DNA from: Octopus sinensis
Taxonomy: Eukaryota
Direction of reading: 5' to 3'
Assembly (NCBI RefSeq): GCF_006345805.1
Contig: NC_043026.1
Location: forward strand, 14,673,579-14,737,578
Length of the DNA: 64,000 nucleotides
Part shown: piece by piece, positions 40,240 to 54,356 of the stretch
How positions within the stretch are numbered: the stretch's first letter is position 1
How the letters are laid out: each line of letters starts with the position of its first letter
Notes under the pieces: generated by a model
Databases searched by the model: none
The model's input: only the letters and a program-made list of their open reading frames with translations
Told to the model about the DNA's origin: nothing
Program-made: the position numbers and the translations under genes

Positions 40240-40646
40240 GCAGGAGTGGCTGTGTGGTAAGTAGCTTGCTTACCAACCACATGGTTCCGGGTTCAGTCCC
40301 ACTGCGTGGCACCTTGGGCAAGTGTCTTCTGCTATAGCCCCGGGCCGACCAATGTCATATGAGTGGATTTGGTAGACGGAAACTGAAAGAAGCCTGTCGT
40401 ATATATGTATATATACATATGTATGTGTATGTGTGTTTGTTTGTGTGTGTGTCTGTGTTTGTCCCCCTAGCATTGCTTGACAACCGATGCTGGTGTGTTT
40501 ACGTCCCCGTCACTTAGCGATTCGGCAAAAGAGACCGATAGAATAAGTACTGGGCTTACAAAGAATAAGTCCCATGGTTGATTTGCTCGACTAAAGGCGG
40601 TGCTCCAGCAAGGCCGCAGTCAAATGACTGAAACAAGTAAAAGAGA
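40240..40646 (+). mobile_element. tRNA-derived SINE family 1
   Basis: Full-length copy. Confidence 0.9.
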
Positions 40647-40919
40647 GTATATATGCATATAAACATACAACCGTAGAGAATGGCGACGTACCGTAAAAGA
40701 GGGAATACAAAGGAATGACAGAGAGAGGAGAAATGGAAAGAAAAGAAGAGACGTCAACAAGAGACTATGGCATTACAACCAGCCAGAGGGAGTGTTTGTC
40801 CAGGATAGGACTACACAGCCACAGCAGGAAATGTATCAGGACATGAAATATAAAAGCCGGACTAGACTACTTTATGCGCAACTCCATTGTCTCCCGAGAC
40901 AGAAAGGGTGCCAACCAAC

Positions 40920-42130
<1,211 letters not shown>

Positions 42131-42359
42131 CAGTAGTACTGAGAAATCTTTTTGAATTGAAATTTTCCCAGGCTATTTATTGATGATGTTTAATCCAACA
42201 AAAGTGTTTCATGTGAATTAACAACCATTACCCATTTTTACTTTGAATTCAGAAACAGAAAGTTATTCATTGTGGGATTTCCAAACATATGCACTCATAC
42301 ACCCATTTATATACACCCACCTACACACATTCATTCTTCAAACAATCTCAATTCTCTCT

Positions 42360-42696
42360 CTTTTTCTCTTTTTACTTGTTTCAGTCATTTTGACTGCGGC
42401 CATGCTGGAGCACCGCCTTTAATCGAGCAACTCGACCCCGAGACTTATTCTTTGTAAGCCCAGTACTTATTCTATCGGTCTCTTTTACTTGTTTCAGTCA
42501 TTTTGACTGCGGCCATGCTGGAGCAACGCCTTTAATCGAGCAACTCGACCCCGAGACTTATTCTTTGTAAGCCCAGTACTTATTCTATCGGTCTCTTTTG
42601 CCGAACCGCTAAGTGACGGGGACATAAACACACCAGCATCAGTTGTCAAGCGATGTTGGATGGGACAAACACAGACACACAAACATACACGCACAC

Positions 42697-42727
<31 letters not shown>

Positions 42728-42898
42728 CATATATACGACAGGCTTCTTTCAGTTTCCGTCTGCCAAATCCACTCACAAGACATTGGTTTGGCCCGAGGCT
42801 ATAGTAGAAGACACTTGCCCAAGGTGCCACGCAGTGGGACTGAACCCGGAACCATGTGGCTGGTAAACAAGCTACTTACCACACAGCCACTCCTGCGC
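42360..42898 (-). mobile_element. SINE family 1 with a duplicated tail
   Basis: Tail segment repeated at 42370 and 42483. Confidence 0.88.
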
Positions 42899-43164
42899 CT
42901 ATTTGTGTATATCTTTCATTTTTTACTTGTTGAAGTCATTAGACTGCGGCCATGCTGGGGCAGCAGCTCAAAGAAGCTTTTTGCCAAACTTCTTGACCCA
43001 AGAACTTAATGTTTTTTAAGCTTTATATTTATTCTATGGGTCTCTTTTGCCAAACACTTAACGCACGGGGACATAAACACACACACACAGAATGGGCTTC
43101 TTTCAGTTTCCCTCTGCCAAGTCCACTCACAAGGCTTCAATTGCTTTGAGACCAGTAGACTAGG

Positions 43165-43309
43165 TACAAGGCTTACCAACCACATGGTTCCGGGTTCAGT
43201 CCCACTGCGTGGCATCTTGGGCAAGTGTCTTCTGCTATAGCCCCGGGCCGACCAATGCCGTGTGAGTGGATTTGGTAGACGGAAACTGAAAGAAGCCTGC
43301 GTATATATG

Positions 43310-43360
<51 letters not shown>

Positions 43361-43575
43361 TGTGGTGTGTGTGTGTGTGTTTGTTCCCCTAGCATTGCTT
43401 GACAACCGATGCTGGTGTGTTTACGTCCCCGTTACTTAGCGGTTCGGCAAAAGAGGCCGATAGAATAAGTACTGGGCTCACAAAGAATAAGTCTCGGGGT
43501 CGAGTTGCTCGACTAAAGGCGGTGCTCCAGCATGGCCGCAGTCAAATGACTGAAACAAGTAAAAAGAGAAAAAGA
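43165..43575 (+). mobile_element. tRNA-derived SINE family 1
   Basis: Near full-length copy, inverted relative to 42360-42898. Confidence 0.88.
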
Positions 43576-44636
43576 GAGAGAATTGAGATTGTTTGTTTTA
43601 TTAGAAGAATGAATGTGTGTAGGTGGGTGTATATAAATGGGTGTATGAGTGCATATGTTTGGAAATGCCACAATGAATAACTTTCTTTTTCTGGGGTCGA
43701 TTTGCTCGACTAAAGGCAGTGCTCCAGCATGGCCGCAGTCAAATGACTGAAACAAGTAAAAGAGAGAAAAGAGAAAGAGAGAGAGAGTGTAATGTTGTCT
43801 GTAGCCTATCGTTTAGTTGTCCTGATCATTTCACTGAAACCCGCCCCATGACGTTATGGTAAGACATGTTTGCAAGCAGTATGGACTCTGGAGTAGGGCT
43901 GCAGTAGAGAGGGAGGCGACCATATGCTAGGGGATGAGGAGTTGAAGTACAAGGGACCAGAACACAACAGGGTTTCTTGCTGTACAGGATCATCATCATC
44001 ATCATCATCACCGTTTACCATCCGCTTTCCATGCTGGCATGGGTTGGACGGTTCAACTGGGGTCTGGGAAGCCAAATGGCTGCACCAGGCCCAGTCTTCC
44101 TAATGCCAACCACTTCAGAAAGTATACTGAGTGCTTATTTTCATGACACCAGCCCCTTAACCTGGAGTAGGGCTGCAGTAGAGAGGGAGGCAACCATATG
44201 GCATGGCTTCATTCACACACACACACAGATAAGAGTTGGGATACCCGAGACATTTACTTTGGAAAGCACTCTTAACAGATGACAGCTACGTGAAAATTGC
44301 CCCCAACTGAAAGCAATGTTTGAATGAAAGAGAAAATCTCAAAGTTTCGTTTTTATTGTAAAAGGGAAAATGATAAAAAAATGAAGCTTGAAGTTGATAG
44401 AATTTTTATTATTTGATGGTTGATAACTGTCTGTGGATGGTTCTGACAAAACAACGCCTTGAAGGCTGCTACAGTCTTTCCTGTCATCACAAGTCTTTAC
44501 AGCTGTCAGCACACTTGTCATCATTAGACTTCACTGTCATCACCACACTCATCATTACAATCTTTACTAACCGAATCAGACATGCATGGAAAAACAGATG
44601 TTGATGATGATGGGAGAGTAATTATTACATATATGC

Positions 44637-44671
<35 letters not shown>

Positions 44672-45989
44672 TACCCATGCACAAACACAAAAAAATATAT
44701 GAGGTCTGACCCCAAAGTATCGAAACAGGACAAGTGATAAAAAGAAAATGTCAACCCATAGCAATTCCGTATTTAAATCTCCCTCCAAGTTGTCCCCTTT
44801 TGAACCCCTACTACACTTTACCAAGGATCATTCCCCTTGATGGAACCATTCCCTGCAACTCCTCTTCCAAGCAATGCAATAAAACAAAGGAAGTGACCAA
44901 GAATGTTGCAGGTTGGAAGGTCAAGCCGTGCCAAGTGGCCCCACTCTACATGCTTCGGTTTCGTTACCACGGCAACGGTTCCAATGCTTTTTGACCATAT
45001 CTTGTATGTGTATCATTGCCTTCATCATTTCTCTAATGTCCATCTTCATGCTTTGTTGCATTGGACAGATCGACAGCATCCAAAGCCTGCAATAACTGCA
45101 TCCTACTCAAACGTGGGTTTTAGGATGGTTTCCCGAGCTGATCAGCCTTCCTAATGCCAACCACTTCAGAAAGTATACTGAGTGCTTATTTTCATGACAC
45201 CAGCCCCTTAACCTGGAGTAGGGCTGCAGTAGAGAGGGAGGCGACCATATGCTAGGGGATGAGGAGTTGAAGTACAAGGGACCAGAACACAATAGGGTTT
45301 CTTGTTTACAGGATCTACATCATCATCATCATCATCGTCGTTTAGCGTCCGCTTTCCATGCTGGCATGGGTTGGATGGTTCAACTGGGGTCTGGGAAGCC
45401 AGAAGGCTGCACCAGGCCCAGTCTGATCTGGCATGGCTTCTCAAATCATTCACACACACACACAGACATGCAGATAAGAGTTGGGATACCCAAGACATTT
45501 ACTTTGGAAAGCACTCTTAACAGATGGCAGCTACGTGAAAATTGCCCCTAACGGAAAGCAATGTTTGAAAGGAAGAGAAAATCTCAAAGTTTCGTTTTTA
45601 TTGTAAAAGGGAAAATGATAAAAAAATGAAGCTTGAAGTTGATAGAATTTTTATTATTTGATGGTTGATAACTGTCTGTGGATGGCTCTGACAAAACAAC
45701 GCCTTGAAGGCTGCTACAGTCTTTCCTGTCATCACAAGTCTTTACAGCTGTCACCACACTTGTCATCATTAGACTTCACTGTCATCACCACACTCATCAT
45801 TACAATCTTTACTGTCATCACGACAGTGGCTAAGCCGTCAGCATTATCACCGTAAATGCTGTCGTTATAATTGTCATCATTATCATCATCATCATCATCA
45901 TAGCCAAATGCACTGACGGTTTGCATGACGTCATAAACAGATGACCACCTCCAACAAAATCTGACAATCCATCTACCCAAAATTTCTCC

Positions 45990-46251
45990 TCAGTTCTTCT
46001 TCTTTCTCCGTCTTCGCTTGGTGCTACGACCAGCTGTAGCATTGGTGGTAGTGGTTGAGCCTGAGGTCGGAGGGTACGAAGCCGATGAGGGTGGGGTGAA
46101 GAAAGACCCTGCACCACTGCTACCACCATCACCACCACCACTACTGGTGTTATACCTGTTGTTGTTGTTGTTGAAGTGTGGAGGGCCAGAACCATTGGAT
46201 TGTCGACTCATGTTGAGGAGGTCATGAATGAAGTCATCCACTTCGCTTTCC
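45990..46251 (-). CDS. DNAJC14: DNAJC14 last coding exon
   Basis: ttttgcAG acceptor; (G)ESEVDDFIHDLLNMSRQ...RSTKRRRRKKKN then TGA; low-complexity region and basic tail as in DNAJC14 orthologues. Confidence 0.88.
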
Positions 46252-46457
46252 CTGCAAAAACAAATAAAATTACATCATTAAATATATACACAAGGAAGAC
46301 AGATGTTAACTCATGATGATGATGATGATGATGATGAAGAGGAAGAAGATGTATGCATGTATCCACACACACACACACACACATGCATGCACATACAGCA
46401 GATTGAACAACCATCACCGATATCATTAAATGTCTTGAGCAAGAATCTCTACTTTAC

Positions 46458-46549
46458 CCAGTCCAGAAAGATTTTGTCTTGTTCGTTGTTGGCTCAATCC
46501 TATAAGAGACCCGATGTGCGTTCGATTTCATATGTTTGAACAGTTTCTT
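46458..46549 (-). CDS. DNAJC14: DNAJC14 penultimate coding exon
   Basis: tttcAG...GTaaag; 92 bp: KKLFKHMKSNAHRVSYRIEPTTNKTKSFWT(G), resembling HRVPYHI; the phase-2 end matches the next exon. Confidence 0.85.
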
Positions 46550-46604
46550 CTGAAATGCAAACAAATCAACAAATACATTAATAATAATAATAATAATAAT
46601 CATC

Positions 46605-47160
46605 ATCATCATTTAACGTCCGCTTTCCATGCTAGCATGGGTTGGACGGTTCAACTGGGGTCTGGGAAGCCAGAAGGCTGCACCATGCTCCAGTCTGATC
46701 TGGCAGTGTTTCTACAACTGGATGCCCTTCCTAACGCCAACCACTCCGAGAGTGTAGTGGGTGCCTTTTACGTGCCACCGGCACAGGTGCTAAACGAGGC
46801 TGGCAAACGGCCACGATCGGATGGTGCTTTTTACGTGCCACCGGCACGGGGACCAGACAAAGCTGGCAGACGGCCACGTTTGGATGGTTCTCTTACGTGC
46901 CACCGGCACTGGTATCACAGCTACAAATTCCATTGATGTTGATAGATTAATTCCATTGATGTTGAATCCTCATCATCGTTTAGCGTCCGCTTTCCATGCT
47001 AGCATGGGTTGTACGGTTCAACTGGGGTCTGTGAAGCTGGAAGGCTGCATCAGGCCCAGTCAGATCTGGCAGTGTTTCTACGGCTGGATGCCCTTCCTAA
47101 CGCCAACCACTCCATGAGTGTAGTGGGTGCTTTTTACGTGCCACCCACACAGGTGCCAGA
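46605..47160 (-). mobile_element. Two copies of a (GAT)n-tailed short retroposon or RTE-type 3' end
   Basis: catcat..cgtccgctttccatgctagcatgggttggacggttcaactgg...; also at 32400-32655 (+), 43990-44110, 45320-45440 and 63165-63390. Confidence 0.8.
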
Positions 47161-47164
47161 CGGA

Positions 47165-48270
47165 AGCACAAGGCCTCAAATAATAATAAAAATAACCCTT
47201 TCTAGTGGAAGCACAAGGCCTCAAATTTGGGGCAAGGGATTAAGTCAATTACATCAACCCCAGTACATAACTGGTACTTATTTGATCGACCCCCAAAAGT
47301 ATCAAAGGCAAAGTCAACATCAGTGGAGTTTGAACTCAGAATGTCGTGGCAGATGAAATTCTAAGCATTTCGCCCGGCGTGCTAATGATTCTGCCAGCTT
47401 GCCACCTTAATTATAATGATAACGATCTTTTCTACTCTAGGCACAAGGCCTTTTTTTTTTGGGGGGGGGTCTGTCAATTAGATCGACCCTAGTATGCAAC
47501 TGGTACTCAATCAACTCTGAAAGGATGAAAGGCAAAGTCAACCTCAGCGGAATTTGAACTCAGAACGTAAAGATGGACAAAGGCTGCAAAGCATGTTTGT
47601 TGGCCATGCTAACAATTCTGCTAGCTTGCTGCCTTTCCTAACGATATCTTTAATTAAAACAGAGCAGAGAGAGAGAGAGAGAGAAAATGAGAGAGGGGGA
47701 GATAGAGGGGAAGACAGAGAGAGACAAGATGATAGAGAAAGAGAGGGAGAGACACAGAGAGAAAAGAAAAAAGAGAGACAAGATGACAGAAAGAGAAACA
47801 GAAAGGGAGAGGAAGGAGAGAGAGAGAGAGAGAGAGAGGAGAGCAAATGAGTAAAGCAGAGAGAAAGAAGCAGAAATGGTTGTGGTAGTTACCTGGCAAG
47901 AGACCCACTCTGTTATGTCGTATATAACTCCATCTATACAGGTGTAGTAGTGCCACAAGAAACCCAAAACTGTTGATTCAGCCCAGACATCACCCTGTGA
48001 TAAACAAGACAACAACAAACTTAATATTTGCAAACACAGCAAACCCACAAAATCAGCAATTATGGACCCATATAGACCAACACTACTTATTTCTTTATTA
48101 CCCACAAGGGGCTAAACATAGAGGGGACAAACAAGGACAGACAAAATGGATTAAGTCGATTACATCGACCCCAGTGCGTAACTGGTACTTAATTTATCGA
48201 CCCCGAAAGGATGAAAGGCAAAGTCGACCTTGGCGGAATTTGAACTCAGAACGTAATGGCAGACGAAATA
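47165..48270 (-). mobile_element. Three partial copies of SINE family 3 flanking the DNAJC14 exon at 47893-47994
   Basis: Copies at ~47165-47410, 47430-47640 and 48085-48270 share gttctgagttcaaattcc...tttcatcctttcggggtcgat; a plus-strand copy lies at 33030-33175. Confidence 0.75.
47893..47994 (-). CDS. DNAJC14: DNAJC14 coding exon, Jiv domain
   Basis: tcacAG...GTaact; 102 bp: GDVWAESTVLGFLWHYYTCIDGVIYDITEWVSCQ, resembling the vertebrate GDFWAES...YDITEWAGCQ segment. Confidence 0.95.
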
Positions 48271-49276
48271 GACCAACACTACTGACCAGTGTCAATTCCT
48301 AGTACTTCTCCAGCCATGACACACACACAGGTATTTGAAAAAAATTGGAGTCAACAAGAAGGGGTACAGTTGGACAGTAATTTTTTTAATCACTACAATT
48401 GTTTTTGAAGTAATGTAGTGATTAAACATATCTTTGAGATTTCATCCCACTGCTGGCATGCTAACCAAGAGCTGGCATAAGGCTTACTGATTTTGATGCC
48501 GTAGCATGGCCGTACTCAAGCAGGTCATTCGGGCACAACCCTTTCAGACAAACTTAAGAGGCATTTTTTTGTCCATGCTACAGTTGAGTCAGTCCAAAGG
48601 ACAGTCTGGACACTTACCAAAAAGCTGGAACTGGAATCCTGAATGTTAAGGGTAGTCTTAACCCTTTAGGGTTCAGATTATTCTGCCAAAATTAATCCTT
48701 TTTTATCCACATTGCCTTGAACTAATCAGGCATTATCTTGTAGCTTTGAGATTCTAATGAGGTAGCTGTTAATTTTTAAAACGATATTGTAGGGTTGGTG
48801 TGAGAGACCAGATCTGGCCAGTTTGAACATAAAACAGGCAGAATATTTTTGGCCGGATATAGATGGTTTAAATGCAAAAGGGTTAAAAAATAACTGTCCA
48901 ACCCTAACCCTTTCTTGTTCACTCCATTTTTTTCAATTCATCTATTCGCACACAGGAGGCGCAGGAGTGGCTGTGTGGTAAGTAGTTGCTCGACTAAAAG
49001 CGGTGCTCCAGCATGGCCGCAGTCAAATGACTGAAACAAGTAAGAGAAAAAAAAAAGGAAGAATTTTTAAAATGAAATTAATCTCTCATAATATTAGTTT
49101 CAGGAGTTTTTTTTTTTCCTCTTCAGAAAAATGGTCCCATGGCTTTCGTATTTTGATTCCTTTTGGGCGTTGCTGAAGTCAGCATTTCAAATTACTGACC
49201 GAATGGAGGTGAAACCGAAAGGGCTGTGCCAAAACGTCCCAAAGAACATTAGGGAATGTGGTCAGCCACATGGAAT

Positions 49277-49928
49277 GGAAGCACTCCGTCGGTTACGATG
49301 ACGAGGGTTCCGGTTGATCCGAATCAACGGAACAGCCTGCTCGTGAAATTAACGTGTAAGTGGCTGAGCACTCCACAGACACGTGCACCCTTAACGTAGT
49401 TCTCGGGGATATTCAGCGTGACACAGAGAGTGACAAGGCCGGCCCTTTGAAATACAGGTGCAACAGAAACAGGAAGTAAGAGTGAGAGAAAGTTGTGGTG
49501 AAAGAGTACAGCAGGAATCACCACCACCCCCTGCCGGAGCCTCGGATGGAGGCACTCAGTCGGTTACGACGACGAGGGTTCTGGTTGATCCGAATCAACG
49601 GAACAGCCTGCTCGTGAAATTAACGTGTAAGTGGCTGAGCACTCCACAGACACGTGTACCCTTAACGTAGTTCTCGGGGATATTCAGCGTGAAACAGAGT
49701 GACAAGGTCGGCCCCTTGAAATACAGGTACAACAGAAACAGGAAGTAAGAGTGAGAGAAAGTTGTGGTGAAAGAGTACAGCAGGGATCACCACCATCCCC
49801 TGCCGGAGCGTCGTGGAGCTTTTAGGTGTTTTCGCTCAATAAACACTCACAACGCCCAGTCTGGGAATCGAAACTGCGATCCTATGTTCGCGAGTCCGCT
49901 GCCCTAACCACTGAGCCATTGCGCCTTC
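49277..49928 (-). mobile_element. SINE family 2 with a duplicated body
   Basis: The body occurs twice (49277-49545 and 49550-49928) with one head. Confidence 0.9.
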
Positions 49929-49975
49929 ACTGGTCAGCTACATATGGAACATAATTAAAAGACAGTATCACTTAC

Positions 49976-50095
49976 CTCGTTAGCTGCATGGTTTGTCTTA
50001 CACGATTGACAGTAACGAGCACTGTACCAAGCTCGAGAGAGAGGGATTCGCTGGTGTTTGCCTCCACACTTGTCACAGTTCATCATATTAGCTTC
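49976..50095 (-). CDS. DNAJC14: DNAJC14 coding exon, Jiv zinc-binding region
   Basis: ttctcAG...GTaagt; 120 bp: EANMMNCDKCGGKHQRIPLSRAWYSARYCQSCKTNHAANE with two CxxCxxxH motifs. Confidence 0.95.
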
Positions 50096-50133
50096 CTGAG
50101 AAAACACATACACACACAGGATTATATACATAC

Positions 50134-50176
<43 letters not shown>

Positions 50177-50388
50177 TTTTCTTTTACTTCGAAATTTGCT
50201 ATTAAATTGTGGTTTTGGCCGTGTTGGCTGCTATTTCTAGCATGTAAAAATTACCTGTTAAAGGGTAATTTTCTATTTTAAAATATGAATATGATGTCTA
50301 TTGACTATTTATACATACTGGGTCACTGGTGGTGATATTTATAACGAATATTCACCACTCTATATATGTATCTTATGTGTGTATATAT

Positions 50389-50419
<31 letters not shown>

Positions 50420-50421
<2 letters not shown>

Positions 50422-50914
50422 TCATTGATAATTTATATATAATAGTCATTTTTAAATATTTATGTAATTAGATATAGATTAATACCGATATTAGATTATT
50501 GGTGGGTTTCCTACCTTATAAATTAAAATTAATATTTAACATTATAGTCGATTTTGATATAATCATAATTGTTAAGTTTTATGTTTCTAGTTTGATAATA
50601 GAGTTTATTATAAGTAAAATTATTATATTATTTATATCTTTAAAATATTGTTTAAATATTTCTGATTATTTTTTAGATATTTCAATTAACCTGAAGATTG
50701 ACTGTAACCATAACTCGAATTATTAATTGAATTTAAATTATTGTTATTCGAATTGTACAGCCATGAAACGATCGTAGTGTTTTACTCTTTATCTTTTATT
50801 AAACTTTTAATACTTTTGATATATATTTAAAATAATATAAATTAAATTAATTTTATGTATTGGCTTATGTTTTTCATTATTTGATTTGCCTAATAGTGGT
50901 TTTATCTCTAATTT

Positions 50915-50961
<47 letters not shown>

Positions 50962-51465
50962 ATATTCATTGATAATTTATATATAATAGTCATTTTTAAA
51001 TATTTATGTAATTAGATATAGATTAATACCGATATTAGATTATTGGTGGGTTTCCTACCTTATAAATTAAAATTAATATTTAACATTATAGTCGATTTTG
51101 ATATAATCATAATTGTTAAGTTTTATGTTTCTAGTTTGATAATAGAGTTTATTATAAGTAAAATTATTATATTATTTATATCTTTAAAATATTGTTAAAT
51201 ATTTCTGATTATTTTTTAGATATTTCAATTAACCTGAAGATTGACTGTAACCATAACTCGAATTATTAATTGAATTTAAATTATTGTTATTCGAATTGTA
51301 CAGCCATGAAACGATCGTAGTGTTTTACTCTTTATCTTTTATTAAACTTTTAATACTTTTGATATATATTTAAAATAATATAAATTAAATTAATTTTATG
51401 TATTGGCTTATGTTTTTCATTATTTGATTTGCCTAATAGTGGTTTTATCTCTAATTTATTATAAT
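50420..51465 (+). repeat. Tandem dimer of a 543-bp AT-rich unit separated by (TA)n, each with a hammerhead-like motif
   Basis: CTGAAGA at 50691 and 51234 (543 apart); GAAACGATCGTA at 50765 and 51308. Confidence 0.85.
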
Positions 51466-51859
51466 ATATATATATATATATATATACTTAATAATTATGG
51501 TTCAGCAAAGATTTGCTTTACCACATACCGAAGTTTAGAAATAGCAGCAAAAAAACGTTAGCTATTTCTTCTACTTTAAAAGGGACTCCCAGAAAAACCA
51601 AAATACTTGAAAACAAACCACAAGTATTTCAAGTATTCAAGTATTTTCAAGTATTTTAAAGTAGAAGAAATAGCTAACGTTTTTTGGCTGCTATTTCTAA
51701 ACTTCGGTATGTGGTAAAGCAAATCTTTGCTGAACCCTAATTATTAAGTATCACTTAAGTTTACCATGAAATGGTCCTTTTTTCATGCCGAATTCTACTT
51801 GGTGAAATTATTGATTACTTCTTAATTAATTAATTTTACCCTTTGTTATTATTATATAT

Positions 51860-51893
<34 letters not shown>

Positions 51894-51896
51894 AAA

Positions 51897-52295
51897 CTAG
51901 CAGTATCGCTTGGCGTTGCTCGGGTTTGAAAGGGAAATAACTATATAAGCATTTTTAGAGATGTAAAGTATAATAGCCATCTCAATATGGCTAACCACAA
52001 AGGGGGGTGTTACTGTAGCTTTTTACGTTCTGAGATTGAATGATACATTTTTAGAGAGTTACTTCCCTTATATAATAGCAAAAAAATGCATTAAAAATGG
52101 GAAAAAATGATGGTAATTTTTTTTTTAAATCGTAGACTCATCGTAGACGCGCGCTAATACCCAGAAGGGCTCGATATGAATCACGACTATAAGATACCCG
52201 CTTCTGGTTACACTGCACCGCAAAATGAGGGAGTAGTTAGGAATCTAAATTGTAGGAGACAGACAGACACACAACTTCACTTTTATATATAAAGA
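51897..52295 (-). mobile_element. Non-autonomous Helitron (same family as 3397-3782)
   Basis: Reverse complement of the TC start and of the hairpin+CTAG end. Confidence 0.85.
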
Positions 52296-52320
52296 TGAGA
52301 GAGAAATATATGTGACTTAC

Positions 52321-52368
52321 CTTCTTAAATTTCTCGTTCAGTTTCTCCAAAAGATCAGCAAAATCTTT
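52321..52368 (-). CDS. DNAJC14: DNAJC14 coding exon, linker helix
   Basis: tttgtAG...GTaagt; 48 bp: KDFADLLEKLNEKFKK, phase 0 at both ends. Confidence 0.82.
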
Positions 52369-52504
52369 CTACAAATATAAAGACACCTCTTAGTGTTGTC
52401 TCACACACACACACGCATCATTTTTGGGATGTATAATTATATTTAGAATATTTTACAACCTCCAAGTATATTCATTTATATTTTGTTTTATTTATTATTT
52501 TTAT

Positions 52505-52996
52505 CTAGTTTCAGCTCACAAGCTGTGGCCATGCTGGGGCACGGCCATTTGGTGTTGCTACATGATTTTACTTCACGAATGCTTTTTAGCAATTGCCATT
52601 TGGTGCATGAGAGAGTTCGATGCAGCTGCCCTCATCTGCACCTCCTGCCGTGAAGTTGGTTCATCTGGGACACCTGACAGGAAGAGATCCAGTTTTATTT
52701 TAAAGACATCTGCATCCACCCCATGCAAGTCTCTCAGGTTCTTCGGGAGGATATTGAAAAGCTGTGGGCCTCGGAAGCCCAGGCTATCACAGTATCTTGT
52801 CCTACATCTTGATGGCAAATTTGGAGTCCTTGGCACTATGCAGTGGCGCCCAGTTCTGGCATTTGTGTAACTCTCGATGCCAAAGTTTGGGACAAGTCCT
52901 TCTAGGATCTTCCAGATGTATATTATGGCATATCTTTCTCGCCTACGCTCTAAGGAATAGAGTCTCAATCTCTTGAGTCTTTCCCAATAGCTTATT
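52505..52996 (-). mobile_element. 3' fragment of the same CR1/L2 LINE family
   Basis: YWERLKRLRLYSLERRRERY...GPQLFNILP...FLSGVPDEP plus tail ...CAGCATGGCCACAGC..CTGAAAC. Confidence 0.9.
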
Positions 52997-53002
52997 TGGG
53001 AT

Positions 53003-53386
53003 TGGAAGCACTCCATCGGTTACGACGACGAGGGTTCCGGTTGATCCGAATCAACGGAACAGCCTGCTCGTGAAATTAACGTGTAAGTGGCTGAGCACTC
53101 CACAGACACGTGTACCCTTAACGTAGTTCTCGGGGATATTCAGCGTGACACAGAGAGTGACAAGGCCGGCCCTTTGAAATTACAGGTACAACAGAAACAG
53201 GAAGTAAGAGTGAGAGAAAGTTGTGGTGGAAGAGTACAGCAGGGATCACCACCATCCCCTGCCGGAGCCTCGTGGACCTTTTAGGTGTTTTCGCTCAATA
53301 AACACTCACAACGCCCGGTCTGGAATCGAAGCCGCGATCCTATGACCGCGAGTCCGCTGCCCTAACCACTGGGCCATTGCGCCTCC
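53003..53386 (-). mobile_element. tRNA-derived SINE family 2
   Basis: Full-length; ccaatagcttat on both sides (52984 and ~53390) looks like a target-site duplication. Confidence 0.9.
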
Positions 53387-54356
53387 ACCCCAATAGCTTA
53401 TATATGCTGCACAGAGCCTATGTTTGTGTGTGTATGTGTACTTGTGTGTGTGTGAGTACATAAACATGTGTGTGTATACATTTTTCCCCACCTCTCACTG
53501 TCGATCAACCCCTCTCTTCACAATCACTCTGTATCCAATCGTCAATCACACTGGCCACCCCTTTTCCACCCACCCTCGTTCTTCATTGCTCCTCTCTTCA
53601 GTTCCTCGACTCCAGAATCCTGTGTGAATGAACGCATCACAGAATGGCGAGGACTCTCTAATCTCACGGTATACAAGGTGACTCCACCTATGTAGGGGCC
53701 ACTGTAATTCCAGCTAGGGCACACCATAAAGTGACTGATGAGTGAAGGAAGTCCAGAGATTGAAGGGAACAACAAGACGGAAACTGAAAGAAGCCCATCG
53801 TATATATGTATATAAATATATATATATGCGTGTGTGTGTTTGTGTGTCTGTGTTTGTCCCCCTAGCATTGCTTGACAACTGATGCTGGTGTGTTTATGTC
53901 CCCGTTACTTAGCGGTTCGGCAAAAGAGACCGATAGAATAAGTACTGGGCTTACAAAAGAATAAGTCCCGGGGTCTTACCTAGTTATTCCACCAAAGGGT
54001 TTTACCAAAGACATGGCAGTCGTCTCTAGTAATGGTGTCATGGATAAGATGTGCCCAGTGCACTCTGTACAGTGGCTGGTGTCAGGAAGGGTATGGAGGT
54101 GTCGAGGGCAAGCCAAGAGTGAACTGAATCTAGACGGATCCCTATGAACCATCCAATTCATGTCAGCAGGGAAAACAGTCCATCTCCACGATGTCACTGC
54201 GGGGACAGTCCTCAACTTACTTGCAATCCAACAGCTTAATGTATCACAACTTGCAATAAAGTACATTATTTCAAAGCTAAATTTGGGCCCAGGAGGGTGG
54301 GGCTTCTAGCCATAGAATTTGATGTTTAGAAAGTTTTGTCGAACTCATATCAGGAT

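Noticed and set aside
44698-45050. Possible mariner remnants here and at 48330-48620
   Set aside because: Too decayed to translate reliably; the resemblance is limited to a few residues.
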